Positions 1 through 12,865 of a stretch of 64,000 bases of DNA are shown here, one piece after another. A program made the position numbers and the translations under genes. The DNA comes from Eledone cirrhosa. Its lineage: Eukaryota. The stretch is from positions 83,576,001 through 83,640,000 of the forward strand of contig OZ024744.1 in NCBI GenBank assembly GCA_964016885.1, given 5' to 3'. How positions within the stretch are numbered: the first letter of the stretch is position 1; the number at the start of each line of letters is the position of its first letter. The notes under the pieces were generated by a model that was given only the letters and a program-made list of their open reading frames with translations, did not search any database and had not been told where the DNA came from.

Positions 1-345
1 TCTGTTGCTCTAGTAACATTTTTTCTTCTGGAAAATCTGATCTTGCGGCCAGGCTGGGACTTTTTGGGTGGCATATCGGCAGTAACAATGACGATAAGCC
101 GTCTGTGGATTTGTGAAATAAATACGTTTGTTTATATTTTGTTTTTGAGTATGCAAAAATATCTTTACACGAATATATAATTATATAAACAGATTAAAAT
201 TTAAGAAAACTCGCTGCTTTCAACCTTAACAGGATCTTCTGAAACTAAAAAAATCAACCTGTGAACGCAGAAGTAAATATTTCGAAAAACGTTACAACCG
301 AAGGAAAACAGGAAGACGATACTTTGCTTCGTGAAGCCAGACAGA
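1..345 (-). mobile_element. Non-autonomous Helitron family copy (partial, runs off window start)
   Basis: 1-345 closely matches 30566-30910, which adjoins a Helitron Pif1-helicase C-terminus. Confidence 0.7.
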
Positions 346-603
346 TATTATAAGTGTGCGACGTTATATTTATGTATCTCATGCAGACAGCCAGACATGC
401 AGAGACATATTATAGCTATGTATCTATCTAAAAAAACAGATTAAAAAAGACTTCCGGTTATTAAAAATAACCTGAAGTCTTCACATTTGAAAATTTTAAA
501 GAAGTGAATATTTAAATAAACGATAAAATATCTTTAATCATTTAACGAAATTTAGAAGACAAAAATACCCTCACTTTCTTACTTGGAAAAAGTGTATATG
601 TTC

Positions 604-770
<167 letters not shown>

Positions 771-789
771 GTGGGTCTGTATCGAAAGA

Positions 790-1190
790 AATGTTCCGGC
801 GTTTTCTCTCACAGACATGCCAGTTCTATGATAGAACGCAGTGGGAGGTCATCGACCTTTGCTAAAAATATAACTAGCATTCGGTAAATGGCCTGGATCG
901 GGAACAAGGAGAGAATTTTCTGGAATCATAAAAACGCACAGTTTCCTCTGGTCTCCGCCTGGAGACGCATTATGTCTACCCATAAAGCCACTAGCAAGAT
1001 GTAGTCCTTGGCTAAAAATCTCCATGGCTTCATGTGAGTAGGGCCACAAGAAAAAACAGCCAGCCACTTCTAGAAGGTAAGTTACCTTGTATCGCCTCAC
1101 ACACGCATTCATCATACCCAGGCAATACATCTCAGGCACTTTCTCGGCATACATACTTTCTCCTTGTTTGTCGTTCATATCTTTTGACTA
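790..1190 (-). pseudogene. Degenerate Helitron RepHel fragment (region between Rep and helicase)
   Basis: Mixed-frame translation YDECVCEAIQGNLPSRSGWLFFLVALLT...LVALWVDIM...IYRMLVIFLAKV resembles the Helitron WD..L.EA....P..LR.LF..IL...P..LW...IYN.AL segment; same strand as the Helitron piece at 1-345. Confidence 0.5.
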
Positions 1191-1847
1191 TAACAAAATG
1201 TAAATTCAAGTATTTCCGTCGTGAAATGCAAGTTAATAAATAAAATGATACATAAATGTAGCGGGAGTTTTCGTTCTTCTCCTATAACCCTTATGGTGTG
1301 ATCAGGGAAAATCTCTTTCCCCACGATATCAAACGCATTCGCTTTCTAAAGATGCACACACTGGTTAAATATCACTATCTCCAAACAATACAAATTATCA
1401 TCATCATTCACGCTTCTAATTCGGCAAGAACTTCAAAACAATCACCACATGCAAACGTCCCATTAAATATCTATATATCTATATATATAAGGTTAGCATT
1501 TCTTTGTTTATTTTTTATATATGAATATTGATTGTTCCTTATATCTCATTCTGTTATTTTGCCCGAGAAAATATCTGTGTGTGTCATCAAATGTTGTACA
1601 CACATAGATATTTATTCAATTTCCAATTGAGTTCTTAGCACGTGGCCTGAATTCCTTTCAGAGTTCATTGTCACGCGCATGTATTGTTTTTTTTTGGCGG
1701 TAATTCACTTCCTCATTTTTTTAATCAGTTCGAGCACTTCTTTCAGAACTGCTGTACTGGCTACCTGACAGATACCTCAGGCACAGAAAGTGATTATCGC
1801 TAAATGCTGATGTTGGTTAGATTATCAATATTAGTATTATTGGGGCA

Positions 1848-1974
1848 CCCACTGATGAATTATAGGAGCACACTTGAATATATATCTATTGATGGTATAC
1901 AAGCTCCTACATAAATTGGTATAATTTCACCCAAATTGTAGGAGTCCTATAATGAAACGAGACGTCCGTCTGGG
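1848..1974 (+). ncRNA. Type I hammerhead ribozyme with long stem II
   Basis: ccca-CTGATGA-attatagga...tcctataat-GAAAC-gagacgtcc-GTC-tggg; stems I and II pair, and the stem III loop contains the palindrome gacgtc. Confidence 0.8.
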
Positions 1975-2318
1975 AAGAGATATATTAGATATGTCTCATT
2001 TGAAATAATACAGCCAATTTTCCACGCAATACTTTTAGTTAGCACCCCGAACACATAATTGGGAATATAATCACTTATTTCCTAATGTTTGTTGAGTGAG
2101 TTGGAATTTGGCCGGAGTATCGCTAAAAAGCTTTCTCCGATATTGTATATATATATATATATTATGTTATGCAAGAAATGCTTAGGGTTATCCTGCATGT
2201 AGTAATGGTTAATTACTACACTAGATAGAGTGGACGTACGGTGAGGGGTTACTCAACGGGTTATGGAAGAATTGTCGGAAAAATTCAGTTTCTGATCCTT
2301 CTGTATACCGGAGTGTAG

Positions 2319-2545
2319 ATAAAGAATGAATAATAACAGGTAGACATCATAAAAAGGTAATTTATTCCAAGTGCTTACAAATGTTTCAACACTAGTTATA
2401 CAGCCTATTCATGCTATGTGCAATTGATAATTAATAATTATTTGATTGCAGAAACTCAGGCTGTATAACTACTGTTGAAACATTTGTAAGTACTCGGAAT
2501 AAATTACCTTTTCATGATGTCTACCTGTTATTATACATTCTTTAT
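2319..2545. repeat. Inverted repeat (~88-bp arms) containing a probable HHR 3' half (GAAACATTTGTA)
   Basis: 2319-2406 is the reverse complement of 2458-2545 with few mismatches; right arm abuts (TATG)n/(TA)n. Confidence 0.85.
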
Positions 2546-2556
2546 ATGTATGTATG

Positions 2557-2619
<63 letters not shown>

Positions 2620-2625
<6 letters not shown>

Positions 2626-2885
2626 ACTAGAAATTGATTAACATAAATAAACATGAATAATCACAGGAGATAATTTTTACAAGTGTGTAACTAAATAAAG
2701 TTGACCAGAACTTCAAAAATAGATATCTTATAATATGATTAATCTTCCCTGTATATATTCCATTAAAGAAATATATTTCACCAATTTAGTTACCTACCTA
2801 GCTATGTGAGGTTACACACTTGTAAAAATTATCTCCTGTGATTGTTCATGTTTATTTATATGTTAATCAATTTTTAGTTATTATA
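2620..2885. repeat. Inverted repeat (~72-bp arms) next to (TA)n
   Basis: taataactagaaattg...gtgtgtaac vs gttacacacttg...tagttatta. Confidence 0.9.
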
Positions 2886-3015
2886 AAATGCTCGGATCTA
2901 TTCGTTAGAATCTTAGAGGTTATTTTGCGGGTGATATGGCGCTTGTCTTTCTGGTATGACACCCATAATTTTGATTTAGATTAAATTCATTTTGATTTAT
3001 CTTAATTTTGGATAT

Positions 3016-3096
3016 ATACCACCCCACTCTCTAGAGCGTGAAATTAATAAACATTCGTTGTACTGCCTCTCTGTTTTGTTCCTGTTCAAAGTTTCC

Positions 3097-3100
<4 letters not shown>
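3016..3100 (+). repeat. Inverted copy of the 3' terminus of the adjacent PLE (tail-to-tail)
   Basis: Reverse complement of 3246-3330; both copies end in (TA)n. Confidence 0.85.
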
Positions 3101-3174
<74 letters not shown>

Positions 3175-3337
3175 TAGCTATGGCTTCCTAAAACCGCATT
3201 TTTAGGAAATACGAAATTATTATACATATATATATATATATATATAATGGAAAAATTTGAACAGGAACAAAACAGAGAGGCAGTACAACGAATGTTTATT
3301 AATTTCACGCTCTGGAGAATGAGGTGGTGGTGGGCAA

Positions 3338-3370
3338 CGACGTTTCGGGCATAAGCCCTTCCTCAAGTGA
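3338..3370 (-). ncRNA. Minimal HHR in the PLE terminal repeat
   Basis: Minus strand cTTGAGGA-a-gggc-ttat-gccc-GAAACGTCG; position 3 is T not C, and stem I is unclear. Confidence 0.6.
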
Positions 3371-4824
3371 GAAGTGTGTGGGGACAGAGTTCAAAGGGTG
3401 TGTGGGGGAGTGGTGGAGAGACATATAGCGAAAGGAAACGGTGCGAATGAAATTAGAAATAAAAATAAAAATATAAATAAAGCATGATCAAAATACAAGG
3501 AATGAAATAAAATTAAATATAAAAGCATGATCAAAATAAACTGAAATTAAAAAGGGGTAAAACAGGTGGTGGAAGGGTATGGGGTATGTAGGGGTGGTGG
3601 CGGGTGGAGTGGGGAGAGGGAGACGGGGTGTCCGAGCGGGGAGGGCTGAAGGTGGTGTGTGTGTGTATGTGAAAGTAAGGGTTGGGGGAAGAACGGGGTT
3701 GCATGTTCAGGAAGAGGTGTGTGTGTGGGGGGTGTAGGTCGGAGTGTCTGTGTGTGTGTGGATAGAGGGGTGGGGGAGAGGAATCAGGAGGCTGAGGGTG
3801 TAAATATGTGGTGAAAAGCATGTGTGTGGGGGGTTTAAGCGTGTTGTGGGTGTAGGTGGCGTGTGGGAGAAAAAAACTTTTGGGGTGTGTGTGTGTGGGT
3901 GAGTTATATAGGTGATTCCGTAAGAGGATGGTTGAAATGTTGGTAAATTCCTATGATGTTTAGTAGATTCCGTGGTGGTCAAGTTCCACATACGAGTATT
4001 CCATGAAGAGATGGTCGGAAGAGAAGAGATGTGGGGTGCGCACGCAACAGGAAGTGGTCAAGCGGTGGGAGTGCTGTGTGTCTGTTTGTGCTGGGAGGTG
4101 GTCAGAGGGCATAGCAGCAGTCGGTGGAATGGTAAAGGGGCGAGGATGGGTAGGTTTGAAAGTTGGGGTGAGGAGGGTGTGTGTGTGTATTAGTAGAGGT
4201 GTTAGTGGGATGAGTGAGTGTGGAGCGAGGGTGTGGGTGGAGCGGGGAGAGAAGGATGTGTGTAGTTCTATGGAGGGAGTGTGGTGTACTGGTGTGTGTG
4301 TAGTTTGATGAAGGGGGTGTTAGTGGGTGTTAGTATACGGGAGGTGGGGAAGGGTTGAATGCAGGTGTGAGTGGGCGTTAGTGGTGGTAGGGTGTGTAGA
4401 GTTGGTGGTGTACGAGGGTGTGTGGGTACGTGTGCGTGGGGTTGGGGGTGTTAGTGATGTTAGTTGCGTGTAGGGTGGGTGGTGTAAGTGGGTGCGTGCG
4501 TTTGTGTGCTTGGGGTCAGGGGGTGTTAGTGAGGTTAGTTGCGGGGTGGTGGGATGGAGGTGTGGGGGTGAGGGTTAGTGGTGGTAGTAGGGTGTGTGTT
4601 TAGTGTGAGCGCGTGTATATATGTGCCGGTGGGTGTGTGCGTGTGATAAGGAGGGGGAGGAGGAGGAGAAGGGAGGGATGTTAGTATGTTAGTTGGGGAA
4701 GGGTGGTCGGATGTGGGGTCGAGTGGAGGTGTTAGTATTGTTAGTTGTGGGGTGGGCGGTGAAAAGGAGGGGTGTGTTAGTGGTGTTAGTGGCGGATAAG
4801 TGTGGGGGAGGGGGCGGTCGAAGG

Positions 4825-7443
4825 CTAAAGGAATGTGGGTGGGGAGTTCAGGCCGGGGAGAGTGTGGGTCTGTAAGATGAAGATAGTTCTTTGTTCGACT
4901 CTAAGGCGATTGGCGGGTGTTCCGTGGCATTGGAGTAGGCCACAGACTGTGAGATGGCGTGCGGAATGTCCAGGGCCACCAAAGTGGCGAGCGGCGGGGG
5001 AACTGCCACCGAGACGAATATCCCGGAGGTGCTCAGTGAATCGGTCCGCCAGGCGATGTCCCGTCTGTCCGACATAAGTCGCGCTGCACTCCGTGCAGCG
5101 AAGTCCGTAGACTAGGTTGGAGGAGGTGCAGCGGAAGGCATGCCGGACAGAGAGAGAGTGGCCGTTAGGACCCTGGAAGGTGGTGGTGTTGGTGATGTGG
5201 GGACAGGTGTTGCAGCGGAGCCTAAAACAGGGAAAGGAACCGGGAGGGGAAACAGAGCCTGTGTTGGGGGGTAGGGAGCTGTGGACGAGGAGGGTGCGGA
5301 GATTGCGTCCGCGTTTGAAGGAGGGGAGTGGAGGGGTGGTAGGTGATGGGGAAGAGGAGACGGTGGGTGGGTGTGCGGTGGCGTGGAGTGAGGGTGGTGG
5401 AGCGGTGGACAGTACGGGCGCGGGTGAGAGCGGTGTGGACGAGAGAGGGGGGTAACCTCTGCGGATGAAATGGCTGACTAGGGAAAGGGCCCGGGACTCG
5501 AAGTCAGCATCTCGGCTACAGAGGCGGCGGATCCTGAGGAGTTGGGAGTAGGGAATGGAGTGTTTAGTGTGGGTGGGGTGGGAAGAGGTGAAGTCGAGGT
5601 AAGAGTGGGAGTCGGTGGGTTTCAAGAAGGCGTAGGTGACGTTGTCGGAGGCGACGGAGATGTCTAAGAAGTGGACGTGGGTGGTGGAGATAGAGGTGGT
5701 GAAGTGGAGGGAGGGGTGGAAGGAGCAGAAGAAGGAGAGAAAGGAGTCGAGCTGTTCTCGGGTGAGGGTCGTGGCTCCGATACAGTCGTCAATGTAACGA
5801 CCGTACAGTTCGGGCGTGGGGCCGGTGTACTGGGCAAAGATTTGGGCCTCAACATGGCCAACAAAAAGCTTGGCATAGTTCGGGCCCATTCTTGTACCCA
5901 TGGCTACCCCCATGACCTGTTGGTAAAACTCACCCGAGAGGGAGAAACAATTGAGGGTGAGGACCAGCTCGGCGAGGCGAAGGAGGGTGGGGGTGGTGGG
6001 AATAGGGGAGGGGCGAAGGTCGAGGTAGTGTTTGAGGGCGCGTAGGCCGTCGGCGTGGGGGATGACGGTATAGAGGGACTTGATGTCTAGGGTGAAGAGG
6101 AAGGGCTGTGGGCCGGGTGGGTAGGTGAAGGAGTCGAAAAGGCGCAGGGCGTGGTTGGTGTCGGAGATGTGGGAGGGGAGGGTGGTGACAAGGGGGGGGC
6201 GAGGATGGAGTCGAGAAAGGCGGAGATGAGTTCGGTGGGGCAGTTGCAAGCGGAGACGATGGGGCGGCCGTGGTTGTCGGGTTTGTGGAGTTTGGGGAGG
6301 AAGTAGATGGTGGGGTTGCGGGGGGTACGGACGATGATGTGGGAAGCGGTGGGGGGAGGAGGGAGGAGGCGATAAGGTCTTGGATGGTGGAAGAGACTTG
6401 TTGTTGGTAGAGGGGGTGGGATCGGAGGGTAGAGGGCGGTAGAAGAGGGGGTTACAGAGCTGCCTGAGGGCTTCGGCCGTGTAGAGGTCCGCGCGCCACA
6501 CCACCACGGCGCCTCGCTTGTCCGCCGGTTTGATGACGATGTCATCTCGGCTACGGAGGGAGCGGACAGCGAGGAGTTCGCCCCGTGAGATATTGTACCG
6601 TTTGGTACGGTGGCGGAAGTCGAAACGATTTACTGCGCTACGGCTGGCATCGACGAACGCGTCCAAGAAAATGGTCGTCGGCCCAGGGCGAGCAACGGGT
6701 CTGGAGCGTCCGGAGCCGGTGGCGTTCGGCCGAAATGTGCCTGTAGCTTAGTGCGTCGCACGAATCGCTCGACTTCCGTTCGGGTGCGGAACTCGTCGCT
6801 GTGCGGAATCTGGGGTATGAAGCGAAGGCCTCTACTAAGGAGTGAGCGCTCAAGTGCGGAGAGGGGGAGGTAAGGGGGTATGGTGACAACAAGTGGTGGG
6901 GTTTGGGTGTATGGGGGAAGGGAGGGTGTAGTGAGGGGTGAGGTGGAGGGTGGAGATTGGGTAGGGGTGTGGGTCGAGGGAGAGGTGGAGAGTGGTGGGC
7001 GTATGGGGATGGGCGGGTGGTGGTGGATGGGGGTGGTTGGGAGGAGTGAGTGTAGCTTGCGGGTTTTGGTGGAGCTGAGGAAGGAGAAGAGGTTGTGGTT
7101 GAGGATTTGGATGAAGGAGAGGATGGCTTGGGCCAGGAGGGGGTGGCAGGTGGAGTTAAGGCGGAGGAGGGTGGGAGTCAGTTGGTGGTCAAGTTGGCGG
7201 AGGGTGGAACGGGAGGCGCGGATGGAGTTGCGCATCAGGAGGTGTGAGGATCGGGTGAGGATACGTTTCGTGGAGGCGGAGGCAGTGGCCGAGGAAATGG
7301 ATGTGGCTGGAGTGCCGGGTTTTGGCGAAGAGAAGGTAGGAGAGTTGAAGGACAGAGGGGAGATAGCAGGGTGGGAGGAGGGGGGTGAGGAAAAGTTTGA
7401 GGCGATTATGTATTTGGTGGAGAAAGGATCTCAGGCTGGGCAT
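4825..7443 (-). pseudogene. PLE polyprotein (RT + GIY-YIG), frameshifted
   Basis: IKPADKRGAVVV, FLPKLHKP..GRPIVS, LDIKSLYT, GVAMGTRMGP, RYIDD, C..C..C linker, VYGLRC..C..YVGQT; spread over several frames. Confidence 0.92.
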
Positions 7444-7555
7444 GGTGGGCGTTGGGTGAAAGCAGGGGGAGGGATGAGAAAGCAGGGGTGTTAAGCGGGG
7501 TGGAGTGAACGAAGGAGTGAGTGCGAAGGATAGGCAGAGACGCCGAAGGGAAAAT

Positions 7556-8340
7556 GAAACAGAAAAACTCGAGAACCATCCAACCGATTGTTCTCAAACT
7601 TTACACATGTAATACTTATGATCCTATTGAGTGTTTCGAGCAAAACAATTTCAAATTTTCAATGCCCTACGGACCGCATTAGGCGATTTAGCGATCTCTT
7701 TCTCTCTCTCCCAGTCTTTCTCTTTTTAGATAGATACATAGATATTACGTTGCGCTCTTGTAATATCAGTCTGTATGCCTGGCGGTCGACATTACGTCAT
7801 TATGACGCGGTGTGTTTGCGTGTATGTGTGTGTGTGAGTGTGTGTGTATAGTGTGTGTATATATATATATATGTAGTCTGTAACGTTTTTCAAAATATTT
7901 ACTTCTACGTTCACAGATTTATTATTTTAGTTTCAGAAGATCCCGTAAAGGGTGAAAGCAGCGATTCTTTGCGTAAACTTTAATCTGTTATTTTAATATA
8001 TATATATAATTATATATTTGTATACAGATATTATTGTATACACATATAAACAAAAGTATTTATTTCGCGATAAAGTATTGATTTTCTTCGAACGGAAAAA
8101 TCCCTGGTAATATACGACGAACTTTTTCATAAGCATAAAATGTAGACACCAACCCGAGGCCGAGGTATTCCGTACTTCTCTGTATTGTTATCATATATTC
8201 GTGTACAGGTATTTTTTCATACACAATAACAAAATATAAACAAACGTATTTATTTCACGAGGCTCGAGAAGGATAAATATGTATCAAATATATAAGAACC
8301 CTAGAGCAAATTCCAAGCAACGCCGGGCCATTCTGTTAGT
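7556..8340 (+). mobile_element. Non-autonomous Helitron
   Basis: Ends in gcaacgccgggccattctgttagt (Helitron-type 3' terminus); internal blocks shared with 100-300 and 30660-30880. Confidence 0.6.
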
Positions 8341-8630
8341 ACTATATATTTTCAACAGTAATACTGTACTATACTATATATTTTCAACAGTAATACTGTA
8401 CTATGATATATGTTTTCAACAGTAATACTATACTATATGTTTTCAACAGTAATACTATACTATATGTTTTCAGCAGTAATATTATACTATATATTTTTTC
8501 AACAGTAATACTATACTATACTATATATTCTCAACAGTAATACTGTACGATATATTTTCAACAGTAATACTATATTACACAGACGGCTTATCGTCTGTTT
8601 ATCCAAGCGAAGCTAGGTACGTCAGCTATA
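8341..8630 (+). repeat. ~30-bp minisatellite (actatatattttcaacagtaatact) x8, followed by a Helitron-like 3' end
   Basis: Tandem units visible; tail ccaagcgaagctaggtacgtcagcta. Confidence 0.75.
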
Positions 8631-8649
8631 GATATATATATATATATGG

Positions 8650-9570
8650 ATGCCTAACATCCCCACACAAACCCACAACCATCATTACTTCCAAACTAGA
8701 ACCCAAAATACACAACTACCACACATGTCACATAGGGCCTCATAACCACACACTAACTATAAGGAAACACTAATCTACCCTCCCCCACTAACCACATCCT
8801 ACTACAACAACACCAACAGGGGACTATACAACCACACGAGACACCCTAACCACTACAGCCACCATAGCTACACGCCATATAACAGCAACAGCAGGACTCA
8901 ATATAACCACACAAGACAACCCTACTACAACTACCACCAAGTCTACACACCATACACCAACAGCAGTGCTCAACACAACCATACGATACAACCAAACTTC
9001 AACAACCACCACAACTTCAGACCCTATGACCACGTCCATCAAATCTACACACCCTACAACAACATCAGCGGGGCTCAATACAACCACACGACACAACCTA
9101 AACTCAACAACCACCACAACTAGACACCATCTAACAACAACAGCAGGGACCAATACAACCATAAGAGACATCCAAACTTCAACAGCCATCACAACTTCCG
9201 TAATCATTTTTTAGACACACCACACAGACACAGGATTACAAGATAACACAAAACACACAGGAGACACAAAATGTAATAAAAATTGTTAATTTAACCTCTA
9301 AAGAATTAACAGACCAAATCAACATACTCTCCAAAGGTCTGAAATTTACACCAAGTCCCTAACAACCAAACTACCCTGAAATGAAGGAAGATATTGCAGA
9401 ATTCTGTAGAAAACTAAGACACAGCGAATAACTATACAACAAATACAATGAGGATGACTCAATAGCCAGAAATAGAAGCAACTACACCCCACCAAAAGGC
9501 AAGAATAAATTCCTCGATCAATTCTGCGAACACATTACTAATTACCCATGCCACCACCTACACAGACAGG
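8650..9570 (+). pseudogene. PLE N-terminal fragment: Thr-rich linker plus conserved domain
   Basis: IVNLTSKELT..ILSKGLKFTPSP..MKEDIAEFCRKLR..RNRSNYTPPKGKN is homologous to LLSRGLRFIP..VERFVRRTKL in the PLE at 6630-7235. Confidence 0.7.
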
Positions 9571-11970
9571 AGAGGAATATGGGAGCAGGATGTTAGATAT
9601 AATGACCAGGCATGGTGGATTGAGACAGTACAGAGGGAGATCGGTGAGCAGGCACACCAACAAACTGATTTGAGTATCACAGTTGAAACTCTTAAGGGGC
9701 AGGCCAAAAAACTAATCCAACTGGAAATCACCAGGCCCAGATGGTGTGCAGGGGTATTGGATTAAAAATTTAATATCCCTCCACCCGAAGCTGACGGCCA
9801 TGTTCAATGACTGCTTGGTGTCGGGTGAGGTGCCAGAGTGGTTGACAAAAGGTACCACAGTTCTGATAATGAAAGACCGAATCAAGGGTAATGATGTTAC
9901 CAACTATAGAGCTATCACATGTCTGTCCGTAATGTGGAAACTGTTGACGAGCATTGTGTCTGAGGAAATCTACCATCACCTCCACACAAACAACTTGTTA
10001 CCGGACGAACAGAAAGGATGCCGAAAGAAGTCACGTGCTACAAAGGACCAGTTACTTATTGATAAGTTGGTAATGGGGAATTGCAGGAGGAGACACACTG
10101 ATCTTGCCATGGGATGGATAGAATACAGAAAGGCATTTGACATGGTGCCTCATTCTTGGATCACCAAAAGCCTGGAGATCTTCAAGGTGGCAGATAACAT
10201 CAGACAGTTGCTGGGCAGGAGTATGGGGTCCTGGGAGACAGAGTTGACATCAACTGGAGAATCCTTGGGAAGCGTGAAGATCAAGAGAGGTATCTTCCAG
10301 GGAGATAGCCTGTCCCCTCTGTTGTTTGTCCTTGCCCTGATGCCCTTGACCATTATACTGCGAAAAGTGAGAGCAGGATACAAGTTGGGAAAGGGAGAGC
10401 TTACCATCAATCACCTCCTCTTCATGGAAGATCTTAAGCTCTTCGGGAAGAGTGAGAAGGAGTTGGATGTGCTTGTTGACACTGTCCGTATTTTCAGCAG
10501 TGATATATGTATGCAGTTTGGTATTAGTAAATGTGGAGTCATTGTGATGAGGAGGGGTAGGTTGAGCAGAAGTAACGGAATCCAGATACCAACAGGTGAG
10601 ATGATAAAGGAAATTGACTCTGAGGAAGGATACAAGTATTTGGGCGTTCTGGAGGCTGATGGCATAAAGAAAACAAAAAAATGAAGGAATTGTTAAGAAC
10701 TGAATACATTCGGAGAGTAAGGAGCGTATTGAAGTCACATCTGAACAGCAGAAATGCCATAAGCGCAGTAAATTCCCGAGCTGTGTCTATTATTAGGTAC
10801 AATGCGGGAATTCTGAGTTGGAATGTTGCTGAACAAAAAGAAATGGATAGGAAGACTAGGAAGCTATTGACTATCTACAACATGTTCCACAAGAGGAGTG
10901 ATGTCGATAGACTCTACCTAAGGAGATCTGAGGGTGAAAGAGGTCTTATCAGCATAGAGGACTGTGTTCAGATGGAGAAAAACAACCTATACACATACGT
11001 GACTGATAGTAAGGAGCCAATGCTCAGAACTGTACTGAAGGAGGGGACAGTAGGCCAGGGGATGTCCAAGGAGGAAATAACATCAAGGAGAAAGAGCAGC
11101 CTTCAGGGAAAATCCCTTCATAGTACCTTCTTTGAGAAAACTGAATTTAGAGATCCACAGACATGGAACTGGTTGAGAAGAGGAGACCTCAAAAAGGCTA
11201 CATAAGGAATGCTAATGGCTGCGCAGGAGCAGGCCCTCAAAACGAAGTGGTTGAAGCACCATATTTACAAGGAGGAGGCTAGCCCACTGTGCAGGATCTG
11301 TGGAGAGAGGAGAATGTGGCTCACATTGTATCCGAGTGTAAACACCTAGCCCAGACCCACTATAAGGGCTGGAGACATGATGTGATGGGCAGGGTGATCC
11401 ACTGGCACCTGTGCAAAGTAAACAATTTACCACATTCTGAGAAATGGTATGAGCATAGGCCAGAGGCGGTGATGGAGAACGATCAGGTGAAGGTGCTGTG
11501 GGATTTTAGGATACAGACGGACAAGAATCTGGAACACAATAGACCTGACCTGGTGGTTGTGGACAAAGAAAAAAGATCGTGCCTGATTGTGGATGTGGCC
11601 TGCCCATTCGACACGAGAGTGCAAGAGAAGGAGAGGGAGAAAATTAACCGATACCAGGACCTAAAGTGGGAGGTGAAAAGGATTTGGAACTGCCATGAAG
11701 TCAAAGTGATCCCGATTGTCATAGGCGCACTAGGGACTATCTCAAAAATTTCCAGGGATGGTTAAAGAAAATCGGCCCCTTCACGCTTTTTGGAACGCTT
11801 CAAAAGGCATGCTTGCTTGGAACAGCAAGAACCCTCCGATGCATCCTGAATATCTGAGGCTGCAGGTAGTGGCTTGATATTCATTCCAACGGACTTTCCA
11901 GTTATCCAACATCAATGACTCAGATTCAAGGAATAACAACAACAATAATAATAATAATAATAATAATAAT
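9570..11970 (+). mobile_element. R4/Dong-clade non-LTR retrotransposon (RT + restriction-like endonuclease), 5'-truncated, frameshifted
   Basis: NWKSPGPDG, EQKGCRK, GIFQGDSLSPLLF, degenerate LLFMEDL, C..C...H...C finger, RHD, RPDLVV, IPIVIGALG; (AAT)n tail. Confidence 0.9.
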
Positions 11971-11971
11971 G

Positions 11972-12375
11972 TATCTATAAAAACATTTGAAAAATTGAGC
12001 AAGTATAAGGACCTGGAGATAGAAATTGGAAAAATGTGGAAATTGAGAACTAAAACAATACCAGTGGTTGTAGGCGCTCTGGGAATGATACCTAAGGGGT
12101 CTAATGATTACTTATCGCAAATCCCAGGAAAACCGCGTATAGGAGAAATACAAAAGATAGTACTAATGGGAACTGCCCATATACTAAGGAAGATTCTGTC
12201 AATATAAGTACATCACAAGTCTAAACACTAAAGATGCATGTGTGAGTATGTATGTTCTTTCTTGAACATGGCGGACCTTGTTGTCTCTTGAGGTCACTGG
12301 TTGTGACTTGGTGATAACTCGTATGAACATAAAGCAAGATAAATGCAACTGTAATAATAATAATAATAATAATAT
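11972..12375 (+). mobile_element. 3' fragment of a second R4/Dong family
   Basis: EKLSKYKDLEIEIGKMW..IPVVVGALG..IQKIVLMGTAHILRKIL; flanked by (TAA)n. Confidence 0.85.
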
Positions 12376-12377
12376 TA

Positions 12378-12570
12378 ATTGGAACACTTCAAAAGGCATG
12401 CTTGCTGGGAACAGCAAGATCTCTCCGATACGTCCTGAATATCTGAGGCTGCAGGTAGTGGCTTGATATTCATTTCTATTATTATTATCGTTATTCTTTG
12501 AGTCTCAGTCAATGATGTTATTTAACTTTCCAGTTAAATAACATCATTGACTGAGACTCAAAGAATAACG

Positions 12571-12600
<30 letters not shown>
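12378..12600 (+). mobile_element. Third R4 3' fragment with a perfect ~50-bp fold-back hairpin
   Basis: 12378-12474 matches 11790-11885; 12477-12527 is the reverse complement of 12532-12582. Confidence 0.85.
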
Positions 12601-12602
<2 letters not shown>

Positions 12603-12617
12603 TATAATAATAATAAT

Positions 12618-12797
12618 TGTTTCTACTTTTGGCACAAGGCCAGCAATTATCTCAGTCTATTACTGGTACTTTATTTTATCGACCCCGTAAGGATGAAAGG
12701 CAAAGTTAACTTCGCGGGATTTGAACTCAGTCCGTAAATGGACGTAACTATGCTGCAAACATGGCGTCCGACCCTCTACCGATACTGCCAATCCACC
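12618..12797 (-). mobile_element. tRNA-derived SINE
   Basis: A box TGGCAGTATCGG, B box GTTCAAATCC, core GCCTTTCATCCTTACGGGGTCGATAAAA, AGAAACA(ATT)n tail. Confidence 0.9.

Positions 12798-12865
<68 letters not shown>

Larger units (their letters stand above)
3246..7555 (-). mobile_element. Penelope-like retroelement, Neptune-type, GC-rich
   Basis: RT plus GIY-YIG ORF, long low-complexity 3' UTR, terminal HHR, 3' end at (TA)n. Confidence 0.92.

Noticed and set aside
849-1178. 109-aa ORF as a host exon
   Set aside because: Alternative frames fit a decayed Helitron RepHel better; no recognisable host domain
8341-8577. CRISPR-like array
   Set aside because: Contiguous minisatellite without unique spacers, no cas genes, eukaryotic context
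8650-9280. Mucin-like Thr-rich gene
   Set aside because: Runs into a PLE N-terminal domain; equivalent to the low-complexity linker of the other PLE
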